DNA from: Calditrichia bacterium
GTDB taxonomy: Bacteria > Calditrichota > Calditrichia > RBG-13-44-9 > J075
Assembly: GCA_050633245.1 (NCBI GenBank)
Contig: JBOEGD010000022.1
Span: 42,076 to 106,075 of the forward strand
Direction: 5' to 3'
DNA length: 64,000 nt
Under the pieces are notes generated by a model. It made no database searches and had not been told where the DNA came from. It saw only the letters and a program-made list of their open reading frames with translations. Position numbers and translations under genes: made by a program. How positions within the stretch are numbered: position 1 is the stretch's first letter; the number at the start of each line of letters is the position of its first letter. Below, in pieces: positions 48,259 to 57,074 of the stretch.

Positions 48259-49533
48259 ATGCGTCATATCCTTTGCGCCTTTATTTGTTTAACTGTGCTG
48301 TCGCTAAGCAGCATTGCGCAAAACCTCACTGCTTTTCCGGTGGGAGAAAACTGGCAGTTTACCGATGCGCGTACGCTCGGTATGGCTGGAAGCGGCTCCG
48401 TCTCCAACAGTGGTGCCGGTGCGTTGCTTATGAACCCTGCAGCTTTGGGGCGTGGAAGCGGCAGAATGGAACTGTCTGTTTCAACGACTTTACGCAATAT
48501 GGAAGAGCGGCGCTCATTCCCGGTGTTTAACCGCATTGATGATGTTACGACTAAAGGAATCTATGCGATAAACGATAACTGGTATGTACAGCCTCAGGGT
48601 GGTGCGCGTTATAATTTGAATCTTTCTGCGGTGCCGTTCCTGAAAGCCTTTGCGTTCGGAACCTATAATGAAGTAGATCAGGATTACAAATATCTGGAAG
48701 AAGTTCGCAGCCGGGATTTTAACGGAGAACGCTCTCCGTTGGCTTACAATCAGATTCAGTTTGAAGGCGATCTGACACGCTATAGTTTTGGAACAGCGCT
48801 TGGGCTTGGCAGCAAGCTCGATTTTGGCTTTCAATTAGGTTTCTTGAATGGCGATCTGGAGTCCAGCTCATCCGTTGACTTTCAGGCGGAAGAAAATCAG
48901 GCGAACAGCTTTCGCATACAGAACTTTCGTTCGTTAGACAATACGCCGTTGGTTGTCTCTGCTGGTGCAATTGTAGACGTTTCTCCGCAGCTGACGCTTG
49001 GTAGTCACGTTCGGCTTCCCTACAAGGTTGAATATGCCGTTTCTGTAGAAGGAACGGATGGCAGCACACCTGAGAGCTACGAATACCCGATGGCAATAAA
49101 TGTCGGCATGGAATACCGCGGTCGTCAAGAGCTTCAATCCAGCCTGAATGTAGATTTCAGCTATGAGCTGTGGAGTGAAACAGAATCAACTAAAGATGGC
49201 GTTGTTTTACCTAATTTGCTGGATGATGTCGTTACACTAAAAGGTGGAATTGAGCATATCTTCTACAATCAAATTCCACTACAGTTTGGATTACAATACC
49301 GCACCGCTTTGCAGGATCGACGTAGTAGTCGCACGCTGTTTTCTATAGGAAGTGGCTATGTAACCAAGCAGTGGCAAGTGGATGGCGCACTTGGCTTTAG
49401 CAAGCTCAGTTATACCGCTGAGGATTTATTCGATGATGCGCTGTTTGGCGGGGATCGATCTGGTAGCCCAATCGATGATGTTGAAGAACGTTATGTCTAC
49501 GGCATTATTACGCTGAAGATAAACTTCGAATAA
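48259..49533 (+). CDS. FadL-like outer-membrane beta-barrel protein
   Basis: AGGAG RBS, signal peptide, DARTLGMAG...NPAALG hatch motif, YP...G.EY, GGIE. Confidence 0.75.
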   Translation: MRHILCAFICLTVLSLSSIAQNLTAFPVGENWQFTDARTLGMAGSGSVSNSGAGALLMNPAALGRGSGRMELSVSTTLRNMEERRSFPVFNRIDDVTTKGIYAINDNWYVQPQGGARYNLNLSAVPFLKAFAFGTYNEVDQDYKYLEEVRSRDFNGERSPLAYNQIQFEGDLTRYSFGTALGLGSKLDFGFQLGFLNGDLESSSSVDFQAEENQANSFRIQNFRSLDNTPLVVSAGAIVDVSPQLTLGSHVRLPYKVEYAVSVEGTDGSTPESYEYPMAINVGMEYRGRQELQSSLNVDFSYELWSETESTKDGVVLPNLLDDVVTLKGGIEHIFYNQIPLQFGLQYRTALQDRRSSRTLFSIGSGYVTKQWQVDGALGFSKLSYTAEDLFDDALFGGDRSGSPIDDVEERYVYGIITLKINFE

Positions 49534-49578
49534 TCTGTATTTATTTTGGTCGGGCGGTTTTTAAGCCTCCGCCTGGCC

Positions 49579-49761
49579 TGTGGCATATGCCCCAAACCCT
49601 CCTTCTTTTTGTGCTATAATCCCCATTTCCGCTATTCTCTTCATCTCTTCCTGTTGCTGTGTGTTTTGTTTGCTGCCCTTGTTTTTATTGGGTTTAGGGT
49701 TGGCAAACCTGCCTTTTTGCTAATTGTTTTCTCTCTTTTCCCGAATTGGCACAGGAATTGA
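49579..49761 (+). promoter_or_regulatory. Sigma54-type promoter with two phased upstream activator-like sites
   Basis: TGGCACAGGAATTGA at 49747-49761; TGTGGCATATGCCCCA (49579) and TGTGCTATAATCCCCA (49610), 31 bp apart; T-rich tract in between. Confidence 0.6.
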
Positions 49762-49772
49762 AATATATCTGG

Positions 49773-50069
49773 GCAGTTCATTGAAAGACAAGTTTCTACC
49801 TCGGCACGTTACTGCGAAAATGAAGGCAAGCTGAATGGGGCGCAGTAGTTTTGATTTTTGATTGTGTAACGTGTCGTGGCAGGAACTTCTCTTGGAGATT
49901 CCAAAAGATTTTGCAGGAAATTCTATCATGACACGTTTCTGATGGGTAGAGTTGGTTCAAGCTGAATGGGGCGCAGTAGTTCTGGCTTCCAGATGGACGT
50001 GTCATGATGGAAACCTGCTTAATTGCAAAAAGAAACGCCATTGGTTCGGGTTGAGCCAATGGCGTTTCT
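49773..50069 (+). ncRNA. Candidate structured ncRNA: two homologous long hairpins with an identical 24-nt motif, then a terminal hairpin
   Basis: CAAGCTGAATGGGGCGCAGTAGTT at 49827-49850 and 49958-49981, each enclosed by 17-20-bp stems; only very short + strand ORFs; boundaries inferred from the promoter and hairpin. Confidence 0.6.
50027..50069. terminator. Strong hairpin, likely bidirectional terminator
   Basis: AGAAACGCCATTGG-N11-CCAATGGCGTTTCT with an A run on its left side. Confidence 0.8.
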
Positions 50070-50091
50070 GCGTTCTATAATTTTTAAAGCT

Positions 50092-50853
50092 TTATTCTTC
50101 TGTGGGAAGGATGTACCAAACGCTGGAGAAATATTTGCTATCCCATTCCTTGCGCTCAAGATCGACTGAAATATTAGTCAGTAGGGTTCCACTATTCCAA
50201 ATGACATGACCGCTGTTATTTTCGCTGGGTTCCTGAGTAGTGAGCTCGCATTTCTTAAGACCAGCCTTATATCCATTAACCGGCTTGAAAAAATCTACGC
50301 GAACCCGATTTACTTTGTTTTTCAGCTTATCGATAAACAGCGTAATGCCGTGCTCAACCTTCTGCTGCGATTCTGTAACGACATCCAGAACAATAACCTC
50401 GTGGCTTCCCAATCCAATATCTTTAAAGAATAGCTCGTAGGAACCACTGGTTTCCTGTCGTTTGCTACCTTGCTGAGAAAATATGTTTTGGAAGAATTCT
50501 ACCGACTTGAACTTTTCTTTCTTCTGGTCCAGATAGAAATTAGGGCCATATAAGTTCAGTGCCTCATAACCCACAGATGGTGCCCAAATATAGGCCTCTT
50601 TAAAGCGCTTGTTACTAAACTGAACCCAGTTTCCTACTCTGCGCAGAACCGTGATCTCTGCATTTTTTCGAAGCGACCCAAGGCGCTTGCCGTTTGGCAG
50701 GGCGCGTACGTTTTCAGAATTGACCTGAACCATTACAGGACGCCCGGCATCTGTTGTAAGTGATTCAGTTGGCGAGGTTGTTGGTTTTGCCGTTTTGGGC
50801 TGGCAGCCTAATAGAAAGAATGTTGCTAATATCAAGAGTAGTTGCAGCTTCAT
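50092..50853 (-). CDS. Lipoprotein with bacterial SH3 domain
   Basis: Lipobox LLGC; ENVRALPNG..LG.L....I.VL...GNWV....AYIW SH3b pattern. Confidence 0.78.
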   Translation of the reverse strand: MKLQLLLILATFFLLGCQPKTAKPTTSPTESLTTDAGRPVMVQVNSENVRALPNGKRLGSLRKNAEITVLRRVGNWVQFSNKRFKEAYIWAPSVGYEALNLYGPNFYLDQKKEKFKSVEFFQNIFSQQGSKRQETSGSYELFFKDIGLGSHEVIVLDVVTESQQKVEHGITLFIDKLKNKVNRVRVDFFKPVNGYKAGLKKCELTTQEPSENNSGHVIWNSGTLLTNISVDLERKEWDSKYFSSVWYILPTEE

Positions 50854-50941
50854 TTGTCACCTTTTCGAGAACAAGTTGTTGTCTGGTATTTGTTGATTTT
50901 AGAAAGACTGAATATAGTTTTCTGCATCCCTGAATCAACTG

Positions 50942-52351
50942 TTATTTCATTTTTTCGCGATCTCTTGCGGCCCACCCCAGAAGAAACAGAATGGCTGAAA
51001 CCGCCAGCCCGGCAAACATTGGCGGCACATTGCCATAATAAGAGAGTTCAAACAGTGAAGGGCTGTTGGCTGCGGCAATAAGTAAAGAGGCTAGTGCCGT
51101 TACAAAAGATGCCAGCATAGTGCCGGTAATCCAGTTTTTCCGCGGGCGTATGACCGGGAAGTAAACCGCCAGCAGAGGTAGTAACAACGGAGGGACAAAG
51201 AGTGTTCCAACAATATACCAAATTTGAATAACCGATGGGATTGTAATCGCCAAACCAATAGATAGCAGTGCGGTAACAACCAAGCCTATTCGCAGTCGTT
51301 TAATGCTCAGCTTTTTACGCTCATCCGGAGGTTGCAGATCGTGCCCGAGTGAAACGGCGGAAAGGAGTGAAAAACTATCTACCGTGCTCATAATTGTTGC
51401 TAAAAGCCCGGTAAGGAAAATCCCCGATAGTAATGGAGGCAAATAAGTATGGCCGAGTAAAGGAAAAGCCAATACCGGGTTAATGTCACTCATTAGTGCC
51501 CTGGCATACAGTCCGCATAGTGTCGTCATCGAGTCGAAAATCAACCAGAAAAGAATAGACGTTAAAATACCCTTTTTAGCAATAGCCGGAGATGTTGCGG
51601 CATAACAACGCTGGTGAAAGCCCGGGTCCACAAATGTCCATAGTGCGATAAAGAACCACACGACAATAGTCTCCGTACTATTTCCACCATGCCAGCTAAA
51701 ATAGCTCTTGGGAAGATTCTCCTGTAGGAAAGACAGTCCACCAACTGTGAACAACAGGTAAAACAGAAGCATTGCAAATCCGCTGAACATGAGAATAAAC
51801 TGTAGGCGATCGGTGCGAACAACGGCTCTGAAGCCACCTGAAAGCACATAAAGCATAGAACATACGGTGCCAATGCTTACACATAGCCAAAGCGACCAGC
51901 CGGTCAGCATCTGGAGAAACAAGCCGATCATCAAACAATACGGCGCCGGTAAGGTGATAAAGAATGTAAATAGACCGCTTAATCTGCCGCTGCTATTTCC
52001 GTACGCGCTATAGAACTGATCTGCTATTGAAAGTCCGCCGTTTTCCCGAACTCTGCCTGCCAGAAAGAAAGCAAACAGAATCGCAAAAATGTAGTAGGGC
52101 AGGCCGAATACAAACCAGTTTGATATCCCATACAAAAAAGTGAACTCTCCCACACCAAGAATTCCGCCATACCAGGTGGTTACCAGTGTGGCAACAAATG
52201 CAGGCAGGGTGAGCATTCGTCCGCCAAGAATAAAATCTGCTTTTTGAGCGTCCTTATTCTTTTCCCGTAATCCAAGAAAAATAAGCGCTGCTACATAGAT
52301 AAGAATAGGCAGGATTTCCAGCGGGTGCAGGGTAATCGTTGTTTCAGTCAA
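50942..52351 (-). CDS. Sodium:solute symporter family protein
   Basis: DFILGGR, YVLSGGFRAVVRTD.LQ, QRCYAA and ATIMSTVDS motifs; about 13 TM segments. Confidence 0.92.
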   Translation of the reverse strand: MTETTITLHPLEILPILIYVAALIFLGLREKNKDAQKADFILGGRMLTLPAFVATLVTTWYGGILGVGEFTFLYGISNWFVFGLPYYIFAILFAFFLAGRVRENGGLSIADQFYSAYGNSSGRLSGLFTFFITLPAPYCLMIGLFLQMLTGWSLWLCVSIGTVCSMLYVLSGGFRAVVRTDRLQFILMFSGFAMLLFYLLFTVGGLSFLQENLPKSYFSWHGGNSTETIVVWFFIALWTFVDPGFHQRCYAATSPAIAKKGILTSILFWLIFDSMTTLCGLYARALMSDINPVLAFPLLGHTYLPPLLSGIFLTGLLATIMSTVDSFSLLSAVSLGHDLQPPDERKKLSIKRLRIGLVVTALLSIGLAITIPSVIQIWYIVGTLFVPPLLLPLLAVYFPVIRPRKNWITGTMLASFVTALASLLIAAANSPSLFELSYYGNVPPMFAGLAVSAILFLLGWAARDREKMK

Positions 52352-52452
52352 AAATTTATCCCAAAAAAGTTCAGTTAATCGGGAATAACATAAGCAAAGA
52401 GCAGGTAATTCCCAATCGTCCCCGAATTTATCTGTAACTGGAGGATTGATAA

Positions 52453-54324
52453 ATGGTTCTTCTCCGTGTTATCGCAATACTCTTGCTGTCGGGTTTGCTG
52501 TATGGACAAACGTCCCTGCCGGAGGATGAGGTGATCGCTGTGCAGGCGGGTGATTATTTTAGCCGACTTCAGGAGCTAAGCGAAAACCCCCTTGATATGA
52601 ATAAGGCCTCGGCAAGACAGCTTCGGGACATTCCCTTTTTGAATCGAAAACTTATTTCAGCTATACTGAATTATCGCCGTAAAACAGGGGAATTTCAAAC
52701 CGTTGATGAGCTGCTTCGTATTAATGGAGTCTCCGGTGAGCTATTGGAAGCGATGCGTGCCTACCTGCAAGTTGAAGCTAAACCGAGAGCGCTAAGGCTG
52801 GTTTATGACCAGCGCCTAGCCGCTACGGCACATAAAACGCGTGCGTATGTAAGAGATCTATATGGCAGTCGCCTTGCAATAAGACAACGCTTTTTGCTGC
52901 AAATGGAGGATCGATTTAAGTTCATTCTCCAAACGGAAAAAGACGCTGGCGAACCAAACTGGCGAGATCACGTTTCCGGCTCGGCAGCTATTGAGTTAAG
53001 ACGGTTGCACAGCCATGTTGTTTTGGGTGATTATTATGCCTGGTTTGCACAAGGCTTGATCTCAGGTGGTGCTTATGGTAAACGCCTGACTGCAGGAAGT
53101 GGGCACTCTGCTTTGATTCCGGGCATGCTTCGAGTGCGTCAAAAAACCGGAGCGGATGAGTTCGCTTTTTTACGCGGCATTAGTTGGCAAGTTCAACCAA
53201 TCGAGCCGTTGCAGCTAACCACACTGGTTTCTGTTCGCAAGCTGGATGCTGTTTTGTCAGAAGACTCTCTTACTGTTTTGCGCTTGGTGAATACGGGATT
53301 TCATCGCAGTGAGAGTGAACTGGCGCGACGTAACAGTCAAAGGGAAAAACGTCTTGCATTAGCGGCCACGCTCAATTTAAAAGCCTTCTCTATTGGCGCG
53401 CTCTATCAAATAAATCAATATTTCAAAAAGCAACAGTTTACAGGCTTAACATCTGAAGGCGGATGGAGCGGTAGCATCGCATTTTCCTATCGAACTGAAA
53501 GTTGGAAGCAGTCGGTGGAACTTGCTCGGGGAATCCGAGGCAGAGCACTAATGGCAAGTGTTGTAACACAATCTATGGGAATGCGCTTTGGTGCCGGTGT
53601 TTTTTATTATTCTCCTCTTTTTATCTCTCCCCATGGTCGGCGTTTTGGTGCATTTGGACAATCACCTGCAAATCGCTTTGGTGTTCAGCTGTTACAAAAT
53701 CTTATCCTGCCGGCAGCGCTTCGCGTTAGTATTCACCTCGAGGCCGGCAGGCCGGTACAGCCCGAAGTGGCATTTCCGATTACGTCCTGGGCAGCGAGTG
53801 CGTATGCAGAGCAACGCTTTAAGCGGATCGTCTGGAAATTGCGATATAGTCAGCGCTCTTCTGGAAATGAGGAGCTTCAGCGAGACAGGCTACCGGTTCG
53901 GCGTCGATTGCGTCTGGATTTGGAATATCAACCAAACAAGCGTTTGCGGCTTAGTCAGCGAATTGATTTTAGCCGTGCATTGGGCAAAAGCTATGGTATT
54001 GCCTTGCAGAACGACCTTCGCTATCGCGTTACTTCTTTCGGGAATATACAATTCCGTTATACGCATTTTGACGTACCGGATTTCGATTTGCGGCTATATG
54101 AGCTTGAAACGGGCTTGCCCGGAGAATTGGAGACGCGGTTGTTAAATGGGTTTGGCTATAAGTGGTTTGCACTTGCGACAGTATCCCCTGTCGATTATTT
54201 GCAAGTTGGGCTAAAGTATCGGGTTGAATACTATCCGGATGAGCAGACATTGGGAAGCGGAAATGATTTAATCGATGGAAATGCACGACGATTTTTGCGC
54301 GGCTACCTGCGATTGAAGTGGTAG
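52453..54324 (+). CDS. Helix-hairpin-helix (ComEA-like) outer-membrane beta-barrel protein
   Basis: PLDMNKAS...L..IP.L....AILNYR...GEF..V.EL..I.GV HhH; EKDAGE and GDY...FAQGL motifs; C-terminal YLRLKW; GGAGG RBS. Confidence 0.85.
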   Translation: MVLLRVIAILLLSGLLYGQTSLPEDEVIAVQAGDYFSRLQELSENPLDMNKASARQLRDIPFLNRKLISAILNYRRKTGEFQTVDELLRINGVSGELLEAMRAYLQVEAKPRALRLVYDQRLAATAHKTRAYVRDLYGSRLAIRQRFLLQMEDRFKFILQTEKDAGEPNWRDHVSGSAAIELRRLHSHVVLGDYYAWFAQGLISGGAYGKRLTAGSGHSALIPGMLRVRQKTGADEFAFLRGISWQVQPIEPLQLTTLVSVRKLDAVLSEDSLTVLRLVNTGFHRSESELARRNSQREKRLALAATLNLKAFSIGALYQINQYFKKQQFTGLTSEGGWSGSIAFSYRTESWKQSVELARGIRGRALMASVVTQSMGMRFGAGVFYYSPLFISPHGRRFGAFGQSPANRFGVQLLQNLILPAALRVSIHLEAGRPVQPEVAFPITSWAASAYAEQRFKRIVWKLRYSQRSSGNEELQRDRLPVRRRLRLDLEYQPNKRLRLSQRIDFSRALGKSYGIALQNDLRYRVTSFGNIQFRYTHFDVPDFDLRLYELETGLPGELETRLLNGFGYKWFALATVSPVDYLQVGLKYRVEYYPDEQTLGSGNDLIDGNARRFLRGYLRLKW

Positions 54325-54330
54325 TAATGC

Positions 54331-54993
54331 TTATGGAGTGGGTACACTGCTGCTATCGGGTAGGACGGATGAAGTGCTGCTGTCAGGAAGTTGAGCTCGA
54401 CTGGTGTCGCTTGTTTCCGCTGGCGATTGTCCGACCGAGTCGGGAGTCATTGGCAAGACCTCGAATGTATCGGGATTTGCTACTGGTGCCCATGAGTCAG
54501 AGGTCGCGGGCGAAGGTCTGCTACTATCGCCGGAGTCAGTTGATTTAGGTACCTCGAAGGTCAATTTCGTTTGACGTGGGTCTATTGCCCAGCTGTTGGC
54601 AAGAGAGTCCTGAGGTGTAGGCAAGCTGTCTTGTGCTATCGTTGTGCTGTCGGCTGCGGATGGCAGCTGTAGGGAATCTACCTGTAGATTAACGTTGCTT
54701 AGTTGGTTTTTGACGCTTCCCAGCTGACGCTGTAGCGCTTCCAGCTGCAAAACGAGCCTGCCGTTGGCAAGTTTTAGTTCATCGATCTCGCCATTCATTT
54801 CTCGTCGAACATCCTCTACTTTTTCCAGAGGTACCGTTGTTTTATCAAGCGTCAGGTATTTGAAGGTGTATAGCAGAGCTAAAAAAAACAAGCCGGTTAC
54901 GCATGCCCAAAAGGTTATTGCTTCGGCAGTGTTTGCAAAGAGGTAGACCGCAGTTTTTTTCCGCGATCTGAATTTTAGATCATTTTCCGACAT
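54331..54993 (-). CDS. Hypothetical membrane protein (TM, coiled coil, S/T/P/D-rich tail)
   Basis: One TM segment, heptad-rich middle region, low-complexity C-terminus. Confidence 0.7.
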   Translation of the reverse strand: MSENDLKFRSRKKTAVYLFANTAEAITFWACVTGLFFLALLYTFKYLTLDKTTVPLEKVEDVRREMNGEIDELKLANGRLVLQLEALQRQLGSVKNQLSNVNLQVDSLQLPSAADSTTIAQDSLPTPQDSLANSWAIDPRQTKLTFEVPKSTDSGDSSRPSPATSDSWAPVANPDTFEVLPMTPDSVGQSPAETSDTSRAQLPDSSTSSVLPDSSSVPTP

Positions 54994-55016
54994 GGTTGTC
55001 TATCGTTTCGCTCAAG

Positions 55017-55460
55017 CTAGTCGGTTTTTAGTCTGTGCATCTCGGGGTCGCGCTCAAGACGCTCCTCGAATTCAATCTCTTCAACGATTGCACGGGTTTT
55101 TCGTTCATCAGCTTTGGTTACATGATGCATAACTTTACTACCAAAATAGAAGGCCAACATCATCTGAAAGGCGGTCAGAAGCTGTTCTATTGCATCTTCG
55201 AAACCTGGTTTGGTAACCAGATTAACCGTTTCCAGCAGCATAACGATAAAAAGCAGCGACATTGTAAGAATACCGCGCATTGCACCACGGGGCATGGCAA
55301 ACGTCTCTAGTGCATAAGGGTTCGGGTTCTCCTTCGTCCAATTGCCAAATGTGAACTTCTTTGCCAGCTTTATGAAAAGAATGATAACGCCGAGCATCCA
55401 CAAAAGAATTGGGATATAAACGATAATAAAAATCTCATTGAGTGTAAAGTTTTCAACCAT
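55017..55460 (-). CDS. Hypothetical three-TM membrane protein, holin-like
   Basis: GGAGG RBS before MVENF; three hydrophobic segments, the last ending AFYFGS, then a charged tail. Confidence 0.65.
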   Translation of the reverse strand: MVENFTLNEIFIIVYIPILLWMLGVIILFIKLAKKFTFGNWTKENPNPYALETFAMPRGAMRGILTMSLLFIVMLLETVNLVTKPGFEDAIEQLLTAFQMMLAFYFGSKVMHHVTKADERKTRAIVEEIEFEERLERDPEMHRLKTD

Positions 55461-55515
55461 GTTTCCATATCCTCCGGCTCCGGGTTGACGGAGCGAGTTA
55501 TTAGGCATTTATATA

Positions 55516-55941
55516 TTACAATGCTGAAAAAATACCGACGACGGCCGCCCCGGCCAGCAGGCTGTAAAAACCTGTCATGAAGCGACTGCGTTTCAAGTCT
55601 TCGATTCGAACTTCGGCGTCTTCAAGTTTAGCACTGTCTTTTTCCCATAGTGCTAAATAGCGCTCATACCCCATGCGATTTAAAACGATAATACTGTCTT
55701 TTTCACTGATTACCTGATTCAGCATCATAGACTTTTTATGAAGCAGTGCGATCATGCTGTCAGAAATTTCAACTTTTTTAGACTCTGATATTGCCTTGCG
55801 AATTTCGCTTATTGGAACAACAACGAGCGTTTCACCACCCGCAGTTACTTGCTTGGTTTTACCCGGTGCAATCGTAACCGGCTCCTGGCCGAGCACAGGT
55901 AGTGAGAATGTCAGAAGAAATATTGTGAGTAACCATTTCAT
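55516..55941 (-). CDS. Hypothetical exported coiled-coil protein with C-terminal hydrophobic anchor
   Basis: Signal peptide MKWLL...VLG, helical middle region, C-terminal GFYSLLAGAAVVGIFSAL. Confidence 0.7.
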   Translation of the reverse strand: MKWLLTIFLLTFSLPVLGQEPVTIAPGKTKQVTAGGETLVVVPISEIRKAISESKKVEISDSMIALLHKKSMMLNQVISEKDSIIVLNRMGYERYLALWEKDSAKLEDAEVRIEDLKRSRFMTGFYSLLAGAAVVGIFSAL

Positions 55942-55957
55942 AAGTTCTTCCCCGAAT

Positions 55958-56305
55958 TTAGTTTGAAGCATCCAGTTCAGCCATTTCTTCGGCGATTTTC
56001 TTTAATCTCTCTTCCAGTGAATCAAGTGTTGTTTTGTGCAAATCCATAGTCTGATTCGCCATTTCTATCTTCTTCTGAAGTGCGAGATGAGTGTCCATCT
56101 CGCGCAGTGTCTCTTCACTCAATACATGAAAGCTGCGGTCTGTAGAATTTTTGAACGTCTCCCCCGGAGAAATTGTCGCAACAATAAAGCGTGGTACCTC
56201 AGTCTTGTTTTTGTATTCTTTGCCTGGTTTAATTTCCTCATCACCTGCATGAAGAAAAGAAAGCGAGACAATCAGGCATATCAGCGAAGGGATAAGATAT
56301 CTCAT
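55958..56305 (-). CDS. Hypothetical exported coiled-coil protein
   Basis: Starts at a TAATG overlap with the upstream gene, GGAGG RBS; signal peptide; C-terminal coiled coil. Confidence 0.7.
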   Translation of the reverse strand: MRYLIPSLICLIVSLSFLHAGDEEIKPGKEYKNKTEVPRFIVATISPGETFKNSTDRSFHVLSEETLREMDTHLALQKKIEMANQTMDLHKTTLDSLEERLKKIAEEMAELDASN

Positions 56306-56748
56306 TATGAATCCTCCGGGGTTGGACCGTCTGTGGTTGGGGCAGGAGTCGTTGGAGTGCCAAAGCGCTTTTTCCACTCGGCAAGCAGCTCCTCATCACT
56401 CATGTTGCCGACCTCCAGTTCTACGAGATCTTTCTTCTTCTTTAACAGCTCCATTTCGGCATCCAGCAGCTCAATCTCTTTGTTGATGATGTCTATATTC
56501 TTTTCGCGATCTTTGACTTTATTGTCCAGCTTATCGCGGAATCGTTTCTCCTGCTCACGTATTTTGCGATGCCGATCGCGGATATCTTCCTCAGACGAAG
56601 TAAACCAGCCGATAATAAAGCGAAAAGGTGCAGCCAGAGCCGCAGCAATAATCGTTAACGGTTGCCAGGTGATGTAGCCTGCGCTGACTAGAAAAACCAG
56701 TCCGCTAAGTAAAATCACCATGACAACAAAGATGACCCATCTCTTCAT
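56305..56748 (-). CDS. Hypothetical membrane-anchored coiled-coil protein (i-spanin-like topology)
   Basis: N-terminal hydrophobic segments, long charged coiled coil, EVGNMSDEELLAEWKKRF, P/T-rich tail; GAGG RBS. Confidence 0.7.
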   Translation of the reverse strand: MKRWVIFVVMVILLSGLVFLVSAGYITWQPLTIIAAALAAPFRFIIGWFTSSEEDIRDRHRKIREQEKRFRDKLDNKVKDREKNIDIINKEIELLDAEMELLKKKKDLVELEVGNMSDEELLAEWKKRFGTPTTPAPTTDGPTPEDS

Positions 56749-57074
56749 ATTAATCCTCTATGCTAATGTGCAAATAGTCAGATTATGATGTTGTGCAAAA
56801 CCGGAAATAGCTTCCGGTGGGGCTGTCAGAAATAGCTTAATGTATGCAAAGCCGCATGTCTTTTTGATTCGTATATCTAAAAAACTACGTTTGACTTCAG
56901 TCAGCGGTGCGGTTCATAAAAATGGAGTGGAACACAAAAATAAACGAAATAACCGCCAGAAAGTCAAGAGACCGAGATCACACATGTTACTTGACTTTTT
57001 GAAGCAAGTGAGATTAATTGATGTTACACTTAATAAGTTGTCACCCATAAACCATTTAAGCTGGCAGGGTTCGC

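Noticed and set aside
49827-49981. Two identical 24-bp repeats as a minimal CRISPR array
   Set aside because: Only two copies with a 107-bp interval, each embedded in a homologous long stem, and no cas genes in the window.
49546-50059. Short ORFs of 69-87 aa in the intergenic region
   Set aside because: They lack RBS and protein-like composition, and they overlap promoter and hairpin elements better explained as non-coding.
56036-56677. 213-aa plus-strand ORF
   Set aside because: Antisense shadow (S/F-rich) of the minus-strand coiled-coil genes, which have RBS and translational coupling.
56794-56860. c-di-GMP-I-like riboswitch (GCAAAACCGGAAA...GCAAAGCC)
   Set aside because: Spacing and the second stem do not fit the consensus; only a small hairpin and a GAAATAGCTT direct repeat are supported.
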